DNA from: the human T2T-CHM13v2.0 reference genome, Homo sapiens
Direction: 5' to 3' (one strand)
Length of the DNA: 64,000 nt
Assembly: GCF_009914755.1 (NCBI RefSeq)
Contig: NC_060936.1
Of this stretch, positions 53,834 to 64,000 are shown piece by piece (the first letter of the stretch is position 1; the number at the start of each line of letters is the position of its first letter). A model generated the notes under the pieces. That model was not told where the DNA came from. It did not search any database and saw nothing but the letters and a program-made list of their open reading frames with translations. Both the position numbers and the translations under genes were made by a program.

Positions 53834-55148
53834 TTTTCCACTAAAATTTATGGTACAACCAATAAAACACTGGGACCAGAACTTCAAACACTAATATTCA
53901 CATCATTGTATGTACATCTTCAATGGCAAAGGTAAAGAAATAGTAAATGTTTCTCTTGAACCTACATGCCTTCTTTGGGATTTTTAGGTAAAGTAAGGAA
54001 AATGGAGGGTGTAGCTCCTTTAGGACAGGAACTCTTGTGGGGCTGGAGGGCATGAAGCATGGGGGAGCTGCTTAGGAGATGGAGCTGGGTTTGTTGCTAA
54101 TACCATGGTGAGATTATCTTGAGCCAGTTATTGTCCTCAGGTTTTCAAGTTCTGAAAGTAATTTTTGTCATGGCACATAGAGCTATTCAGGCCTTTCAGG
54201 ACCCAGTTAGAGACTGACCAAACTCACAACATTTGATATATAAACCAGAATGCTATTTTATGAACCTATGTTAGAAGTTATCTCCCAGTAGGAGTTTATG
54301 TCTTCTGATGGGCATGAATATTCAGACCTCCAAATTACACATTAAAAAGCTTAAATGAAAGCCAAGGAAGTTGCATGATCTCAAGACAAGAGGATTCCAC
54401 CAAGCCAAGAAATAAATGAATTGTATTTATCTAGGGAAATATTCCAGCACAGAGCTAAGAGATTAGGATCTAAGTGAGACTAGGGTTGACTTCAAATCTC
54501 ATTTACTACCTCTGGTGACCTTGGGAAAGCTCACTCGTGTAAGGATGAAGGAAAAGAAAGAATTCTTTCAAAGCATTTAGTACAGTGGCGATAGGAAGCA
54601 TTCAATAAATGTTCAGTATTATTATACTCCTATCCAAAGAATTGACACTGGTTTTCTGGAATAAAAATCTACCTTAATAGGGTTGTTATGAGAATTAATT
54701 AGGATACTCAAAGAATATTAACTATGTTTCTAGATTAAAAACTAGGATAGCTTTTATGAAGTCAAAACAACCATGCCTGGGTAGTAGTGCTTTACAGACA
54801 CTAAAACTTCCTACTCTCAAGATTGTTTCCATAAGGAAGTACTGAACACCCTGGCATTACCTGAGAAAGATGCAATCCAACTGAATGGGATTGCTGTTTT
54901 CATCAGACACATTCCAGGCATATTGTTCTGTAGCTGGCAGCCCCTGTAGGTTTGGGGGTTTCCCAAATCTCTCAAGCAGGTTACTTTGACAAGGGTAAGA
55001 ATATCCATTGGAGGCTACTAGTTGCAGCCTCAAAACATGCAGGTGGGTTTTCTCCTGGCCATTGTATTACATCCATTGATTTTCAAAAGATGAAGAACAA
55101 CATCTACATGTGGATCACTTGAGCAGCTGGTTAAAAATGCAGACATCT

Positions 55149-55796
<648 letters not shown>

Positions 55797-57187
55797 TCTA
55801 TAAAAGGACATTTGCAATATCAAAGACTCAGAAAAATAATTTGGAATCAAGACCATCCCAGGAAATGTGAGATGAATGCCACAAATACCAGTATTCATAA
55901 ATTCTGAAGCCTCGGAGATGTGAGGCAACATCTGTTTCTTGTGCTAACAGGTAGGTCTCTGCATGCAGCTCTAACACGAAAATTGGAAATGAGCCACTGG
56001 GAGGTGAGAACCCGCAGAGAGGAGTGCAGCAGGCACTGCTCTCAACATTCACCTTTGCAGCCAAGAGCCTCAGGCAGCAGGACTCCTCTATCCAATCTGA
56101 TAAAGTCAGAGAACTGGTCAAGTTACTGGGGGTTGAATTACAATGCAGCACATTTGGGAAGAGCACTTGTCAAGAACATACCTCCTCTAAAATAAGCAGG
56201 GGTCTGTTCTGAAAAGAAGAAAAAGAATCTGCCTAATGGAGCTTTTTGAAAGCTGAGATAAAAGATTTTCTTCTCTGTAACTGCCTGCAGAGTGTCATGA
56301 TTCTGAATGAAAAGCTCTGCTGGCTCACAAACAGATGCTCTAATGTTTGGGAGAATGAATTGAGAGAATATTCAGGGACGGTCCAAGATTGCTGCAAGGA
56401 TCTGTGTGCTAAAATCTCCTTCTGCGTTGGTGTTATATTATGCTGCCTCCTTTTCTTGGCATTATTCACTGTTGTGTCCATAGGGCTGTATGCAGGAAAA
56501 GGCAAGTACACTTTACTTAGAGGGCATCTTCTGCCTGCATTTTTGCAGACTTGGGGAGGCTATGCCAAGTCCACATGCTGTAGAACAAACCACAGGACTC
56601 TGTTAACCACCTCTGTAGTTTTCCTTTTACAATTCTGAATTCTGGACTTAGGAAGTAGTCTTTGATAAAGGAGGGCTCTAACTGAGCAAATAGAATGAGA
56701 AAATGCAAATCTAGGATCTCCCCATGGACAGAATGGCTAAGGTTACAAGGAACAGGAATCCCCAGCACAACCTTCATTATTAATCTGCCCCAGCTTATAA
56801 AATGCCCTTTTCCCCACTCACAATAATCATTTCCTTCAGCTCATGCTCCACTACCGACAACACACCTGTGATTGCAAATCTATAATAACAGAGTGTAAAT
56901 TTCCCTGGGGTATCTCAAGGTATTCATCTGTTGGCAAAACTGTGCTCTCCTCTGAGACTGTTGTATGTACACAGATATTTCTGCTCACATGAATTACAGC
57001 ATTTTCCATCTGGAAAAGGCCTTGAAGATAAGCTAGGGAAGCTTCTTGTTAATAGATATAGAAACAGGCTCGGAAAGGCAAACTAACCCCAGGTTACAGA
57101 GCCAGTTAGGGATAAAACCTGAACTTCAGTTCACATCCTTTAGCCAAACTAGGATTGCCTTGATCACTGATACTTTGTCAACAAAGC

Positions 57188-57292
57188 ATTTTTTTAAATA
57201 GATTTAATGTTTTAAAGGCAGTTTTAGGTCCACAGCAATATCGAGGAGAAGGTACGGAAATTTCCCATATACTCCGGCCCCTACACAGCCCC
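57188..57292 (-). mobile_element. L1MA-like 3' end fragment
   Basis: 'gcagttttaggtccacagcaa...aaggtac.gaaatttcccatatact'. Confidence 0.7.
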
Positions 57293-58639
57293 TCAGTCCT
57301 TTTAAGTGCTTAGTAACTCTGGGCCAGTTCATGAAGGTTAAACCAAGTTAATACCCCTTCCCTGTCTACCTGTCAGATATTTTTACAGGATTAGATACCA
57401 GACAGGAGATGATATCCTATCAGGGTCACATTAGGAAGGACTTCAGAAATGGCCCATTCTCCTGCAACCAAAACTTACTTGTTTACTTCTCCCTCAGCTA
57501 CTAATCCTATTTTCTCCTTCTTGGGAATAAATCATGTCTCCCATTGGCAATATTAAGTTTCCTTCCTAAATTCTGGAATTTCTCCACCTCTACTTTCCTG
57601 GGATCTGCCGTACACAGTCTCTTTTAGTGCATAGAAAACCTACTGATTATTTTGAAACAGTCCATGTCTTTTTCTTAATATTTATCATTAGTTTTCTCAC
57701 ACAAAAGCATAGGTTACTTCGGGGTTCTTATTAATCTGTAGTTGTATTTCATCAGTCTCCTACAAACAGATGACAAAAATGTCCACACTATTCAGTAAGT
57801 TGAACATTTTCATTGCGCCCCATTGTCCCAGCAACGAAAGCACATGTTCAGGATGAGTCATCCATTTCCTGCCAAGAACAATTGGCAAGCATACTGTGGC
57901 TTCCTTTAGTTTGTCACTTCTTTGTCTCAGCCATTTAATTTTTAAATCTTGAATCACGGTGTATGATTTTAATCAAATCTGTAATTATTATAAGCAAATA
58001 ACTTCTTTAGTTTAAAGACAGAGGTTACATGTGAAACGTATATATAAGCAATTCAGGAATTTAGCATTGCCAAGTAATGATATGTGGCTTAGCCCTGCTT
58101 GTTTTTCAAGAAGCATCAGCATGGTTTGTGGTATTTCCTCACTGCCTAACTTAAGATGGGGCATCTTAAACATTTTTTTGATGTTATATCCCTCCAAAAC
58201 TTTGCAATGTTAGCTAGTTTAGTTTTGATGGATGGAAAAGTCAAAACAGCAAGTCTAAGGTCATGAGGCGTCAATGAGAGAACAAAGAGTATAATCTATG
58301 TGAAGGGCAACTAGCAAGAGACCCAAAATCTAACAACAAGCAGATCTTGACACCTCTCATGATAGATCCTTAAATTGTCACCACAGTGTTCCCTACTTAA
58401 CCCAGTTTCACCTTCATTAATTCCCATGCCCCTTTCCCTAAGTTTTCTCAGACATCAAGCAGAGCCTTCCATCTCACCCGGCCTCTCAAGAACTTCACTC
58501 TCAGCATCTGCCAGAGTCTACCTTCCTCACTTCTACCCTCCATTCCCAAAGAGCAAGAAGGTGGATATGTGCCAGAAAAAGGCTAGAGATCCTTTACCTC
58601 AGTCTTTTAATTTTTAATCATTGGAAAGAGAAGGAATGA

Positions 58640-58830
58640 GTTACAGGAGAAAGAATAATGGATTTGGTGTCAGAAACCAAGATGAAGTCTGATTCTGCCA
58701 CTAATCACTCTGTGACTTTGAACCACTCACCAAAATGGATTAATCTCATAAAACTTCGATATCCTCATCAGTAAAGCAAAATAGCACACTTGTTTACTGT
58801 GAGGTGCAAAATTCGTCAAATGCCTTTATA
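58640..58830 (+). mobile_element. MIR (approximate bounds)
   Basis: 'gattctgccactaatcactctgtgactttg', 'tcctcatcagtaaa'. Confidence 0.55.
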
Positions 58831-59382
58831 AACCACATGGTGCCCTGTGAATGTAAATAGTATGATGTGGATTCCTCTAGCACTGATGGCGAAGTGGCAC
58901 TGAAAGGGCTTCTTAGGCTTCATAAACGCCTACACAAAAACCGGTCATTATGCCCTCACTTTTCCCTAGAAGTCTTCATTAAGAGAAAGGTGAAAGAACC
59001 CGGTATACGTGGGCTAAATAAAAGAAATTTATTGGAAAATTTCTTTCTACTCTGTAATATATATATTTTATTTTAAGATAAATAGTTTAAATGTCCTGTT
59101 AAATAAAACTGATGCTTTGGGAAGCTGTGATATGTTTACCGCATGGCTTTTTGTGCCCCTGGAACTGCGCCCCATGGTATCCTGGGTTGTAGACCTCTCC
59201 TTTCCCCATATGGGTTTCCATAGGAAGCTCTCAAAAGCTGTATTATAATCATCTGATTACTGGTCAGCCTCTTCCTGACAGGCACTTTGCTTTACATCTT
59301 GTTTCTTCCTAGAGCCTAGCATAGTGCATGGTATATTTTAAGCATCCTATAAATATTTGCTAAAAATAATAAATGAATTAAC

Positions 59383-59656
59383 TTTCTCTTTTCTTTTTTT
59401 TTGAGATGGAGTCTCGCTCTGTCCCCCAGGCTGGAGGGCCGTGACATAATCTAGGCTCACTGTAACCTTCACGTCCTGGGTTCAAGCAATTCTCTGCCTC
59501 AGCCTCCTGAGTAGCTGGGATTACAGGCGCCCGCCACCACGCCCGGTTAATTTTTTTGTATTTTTAGTAGAAATGCGGTTTCACTATCTTGGCTAGGCTG
59601 GTCTTGAACTCCTGACCTCGTGATCCGCCTCGGCCTCCCAAAGTGCTGGGATTACA
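59383..59656 (-). mobile_element. Alu (AluS), lacking about 25 nt at its 5' end
   Basis: Ends at 'gctgggattaca', then non-Alu sequence. Confidence 0.93.
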
Positions 59657-61307
59657 TTTTTTGGGAGTAACTGATAAATAATGCCCTAATTACTATTGAC
59701 TTCCACTGATAAAAACTGAAAAGGCAAAGTGAGAGACTGAAGAGTTAAATGGCTGGGCCAAAATTCTAAGTCCAATGCTGGCTTTGAGCTCTTCCATCCA
59801 GTGCCCAGACACCTTTCCCTGATCCTAAAGAGCCTGCCTCTCAGCATAAATATTCACTTTATCACTGGTATGCCTGTCTTAATGTATAAACACTATTGAT
59901 GGTTTACTCTGTGCATTTAATTCCTATAGTCCGCAATTATAAATATAAGAGACTTTGTTCCAGTTTTTGTTCTACATTCCACAGTGTCTGTGTCACACAC
60001 GAATTTCCCTTTGAAACCAATGAGCATTCTATGCCAGAAGATATCCTGGGGATGGAGGAGGAAGGGAGGGAGGGGAGAGAGAGAGAGAATCAGAGTCACC
60101 ATCTGTTGACAATACTCTTGTGCAGAGCCAGTTTTGAAGGTTAATGACATGTCACGCATCCTCCAGCGTCTGGTAACAAAAATAGGCTGCTCTCCCAGAA
60201 TTCGTTAGGGAGTTGTGGCCCCATGGAAGATGTAACTTGTCAGCCAGCACTCCAGTAGGGTCCAGGAAGACAATTTCTGCCAAAAGCTGGATGAAATTTA
60301 ATGGAGATCCAGGAAAAACAACTTTTACTAAAATTCAAATGTGGAAGTGATCATTTTTCCCTGAGGCCAGTAAAAAGGCTATAAATTATTGACTTTCCAA
60401 AATGACCCTGCGTAATGTTTATAAGGAACTCTTGCATTTCATCGCAATTCTTCAATATACATCTACTCCTTTCTCTATTTCTTTTCAGAAAAATTAAGAT
60501 TGTAAGCTTGTAATGCAAACAGGTCCAAGGGTTCACCAAGGATCTGCCCATGGTTTTTTTAGATGGTTAAATTTTTGGCAGTGCAGCTGATCCACGGCAA
60601 ATCTGGGTCTCAGCTTTATTGACAGCCTACTGTTTAATGACTCACTTTGCTGTCTCATCAAGAATGCACCCAGTGGAAAGGCTACACCTTCTCAAGTGTA
60701 ATTGCATGCTTTCTCCACATCTCTTCTGGGCTCTCTTTAATTTTCAAAGCCCCACTGAGCAACCTTTAAAAATCTGAGCCCTTTCCCACCTGGTGCTCGA
60801 TGCTTTAAGAGGAGGTGACTCTGACTGTTTTTCTGTTAACCTAAGAACAAACTGTCTTGTCCCAGCATGGAGTAGAGTGGCTTGAACAAGGACGTGTAAA
60901 AAGAAACAGAGCAAGGAAACTGAAATACTTCCAAGCTCTTCTGCATTCTGTCTTTATAGCATGACATCATTAATATTGTTTGAAGTAAAGTTTTTGGACT
61001 ATAGCTCTGCCTAACTTCAAATATAAATGTAAATTACAAACAAAAAACTAAATGAGTGTTTGATTACTTGCCAGCTTGGAGTATCCAATCCTCTCTTATT
61101 CAAGAGCAGAATTAAAAATAAAAGTTTGGTGGTATGAGGTGCTAAAATGATCACTCATATAGAAGTCAGGAAATTTGGGCCATTTTCAGGTTCTTCTTGG
61201 GTGACTTTGTATAAATCACTAACTTCTGTGGGCCTCAAATTCTCCAGCCCTGAAGTTAAATTCAATTTAAAAGTACATTTTTAGCCACTAAAAATATTTG
61301 TCTAGAT

Positions 61308-61514
61308 CAGCACTGTCCAATAGAACCTTGGCCAATGAAGGAAATGTTCTATATCTGCACTATCCAATATGGTAGCCCTAGCCATATTGAGCACTATTGC
61401 ATGTGTAAATGTAAGTACTACGACTGAAGAACTGGATTTTTACTTTTATTTAATTTTAATCAATTTAAATTTAAAACAAACATGTACCTAGTGGCTACTA
61501 TATTGGACAATGCA
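61308..61514. mobile_element. MER3 (hAT-Charlie)
   Basis: cagcactgtccaatagaac...tagtggctactatattggacaatgc. Confidence 0.85.
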
Positions 61515-61565
61515 AGTTTAATTATTTCTAAGGCTCCTTATTAAAGGTTATGTTTTGATGATTAC

Positions 61566-61861
61566 TTTTTTTTTTTTTTTTAAATATGGAGTCTGGCTCT
61601 ATCACCCAGGCTGGAATGCAATGGCATGATCACTCACTGCAACCTCTGCTTCCCAGTTTCAAGTGATTCTCTTGCCTCAGCCTCCCAAGTAGCTGCAATT
61701 ATAGGCGTGTACCATCACACCTGGCTAATTTTTGTATTTTTAGTAGAGACGGGGTTTTACCATATTGGCCAGGCTGGTCTTGAACTCCTGACCTCAAGTG
61801 ATCCTCCCTCCTCAGCCTCCCAAAGTGCTGGGATTACAGGCGTGAATCACTGTGCCCAGCC
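61566..61861 (-). mobile_element. Alu (AluSz/Sx-like)
   Basis: Full-length; 15-bp TSD tatgttttgatgatt at 61549 and 61862. Confidence 0.95.
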
Positions 61862-63180
61862 TATGTTTTGATGATTTCTCAACCTAGCTAATGACCCAGA
61901 GTGAATCTTTCTTTTTATTCTCACTACTGTAAAATTTACTTTATAAATTATTTGATATAAATAATCTTTAACAGTAATTAATCAGTCTGATTAAAAAATA
62001 GGAACTCCACATGAGAAAGATAAAGCATGTGAAAGAATTTTACAAATTTGAAAATGCAATGTAATTATAAAGCACTCTTAACAAAATCTCTGTTACACCT
62101 AACTGCACACCTTTCTTCAAGTGCCAGCTGATGCACATAGACCAAAAGCTGTTCTATCTCATAGTCCAAACCAATGGAAATACCTTGATGGAACCCTGCC
62201 GAAGGCCAAAAAGCTTAACCTTCTGAGTACTTTTTTTCACTGAGGTTTAAATAAATAGATTTTCAATTTCTTTTCCCCTCCACCACACTTGCCAAGTGTT
62301 TCTAACTAGATGTTACTATAATCTACACAACAAAATCATTCTTATTAATTATGCAATGCCTTATAACTGTTGCATGCATTTCTGTTGCTTCTCAGCTTTG
62401 CTTTGCAGCAGCAGAGCACGTCGAATATTGACCAGAAGAAGTCCAAAGGGATGACTGTTGTTCACCAGAGGCTCCCATTTTGGTCTGAGCCTGCATTTGC
62501 CTTTCTCTACTTCTGTTTAATTCCTTTCAGCCCCTAGACCTCCTCTCACTGACCTTTAGACTCTTCCAGCCCTTTCCACGTGGCATCTTAATTCTACCTT
62601 TTGAGTTCACAACACTATCTTTTTTTCCTCTGGTCTGTGTTTGGCTCCTCCTTCCTGGCACATTTACTTACTTCTGTACCTTCATGACTATCCCTTGTAA
62701 TGTGGCCCTGGGATTTTCTCCTGGTGGGGAGCCTCAGCTGGTACAGCCTAGAGACTATGCCTCTAGCCCCTCCCCAGATTCCTGAGGCCTAGATTCCGGA
62801 GACCAATGGGTTTTAACAGAGAGAAAAGACTTCTCCTACCAACTATTGTGGAACAAAACATTTCCTGCTTTATCTTATTTTTTAAGTGATTCCAGGGTCT
62901 TCTATAAAAGATACATGGCTCATCATTTGGGAAAAGTTATTTCTTTTTTAAAATAACTTTACTATATGCATAACCAGCACAAAATAAATGACATCAACAT
63001 AATCAAGAGAGTGAATATATTAATCACCTCAAAAGTTACTGTGCCCCTTTTTAATCTCTCACTACCTCCCTTACCTGCCTCCCCCATCCTTGCCGTGGGT
63101 CCAGGCAATCCCTGGTCTGCTTCCTGTCACTGTAGATTATTTTGCATCATCTAGCATTTTATATAAATAAAATCATATGG

Positions 63181-63541
<361 letters not shown>

Positions 63542-63802
63542 TCAGCGTAATTATTTTTGACATTCATCCCTACAGTATATATCAATAGTTCATTCCTTTT
63601 TATTGCTAAGTAGTGTTCATTGTATGGATGTACCATACCAATGGATGATATACCATCCATTCGTCATTGATAGGCATTTGGGTTGTTTCTAGTTTTAATA
63701 ATTACAAGATAAAGTTTCTATGAATATCTACAAACAAGTCTTTCTGTGGACATTTGACTTCATTTCTCTTGGAAAAATACTTGGGAATGGAATGGCTAGA
63801 CC

Positions 63803-63830
<28 letters not shown>
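63803..63830. repeat. (AT)14 microsatellite
   Basis: Direct reading. Confidence 0.9.
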
Positions 63831-63838
<8 letters not shown>

Positions 63839-64000
63839 TGGCCAACATTTGGCATACTCAAGTCTTTTTCATTTTAGCTATTCTTATAAGTAAATGATGC
63901 ATATTTTCAGCTGCTTGAAGTTGTCCCACAGTACACTGACACTTAAAAAAATTTTTTTTTATTCCTTTTTGTCTCTATGTTTCATTTTAGATATTTCCTA

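Noticed and set aside
55828-56777. Cluster of overlapping 60-130 aa ORFs, one with a hydrophobic stretch
   Set aside because: No recognisable domain, mostly non-ATG starts and no coherent exon structure; consistent with chance ORFs

Overview
Primate (human-like) non-coding DNA: AT-rich, CpG-depleted, with no CpG island and no recognisable protein-coding exon. It is dominated by interspersed repeats: about 18 Alu copies or fragments, L1PA and older L1M fragments, L2, MIR, MaLR (MLT1) and MER41 solo LTRs, and MADE1, MER3, MER5A, MER63A, MER94 and Tigger2a DNA transposon fossils. The only gene-derived sequence is a minus-strand retrocopy at about 23.6-24.2 kb, and it is not an ordinary processed pseudogene. 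It starts inside the H/ACA snoRNA SNORA70 (U70) and keeps the RPL10 intron tail and 3' splice site. It then continues through spliced RPL10 3' exons, the 3'UTR and a poly(A). A 97-nt extra segment and a second A-tail follow, and the whole unit lies inside a 12-bp TSD. This looks like a second-generation snoRNA retroposon carrying a 3' transduction. Other oddities: a 97-bp non-repeat dispersed duplication, two neighbouring L1s sharing non-consensus variants, a MER41A-like LTR with a perfect GAS motif, a hairpin-containing 35-bp triplication, and nested Alu/L1 insertions. Repeat subfamily names come from recalled consensus sequences and old-repeat boundaries are approximate. A locus assignment to RPL10P13 (12q21.2) is from memory and unverified.
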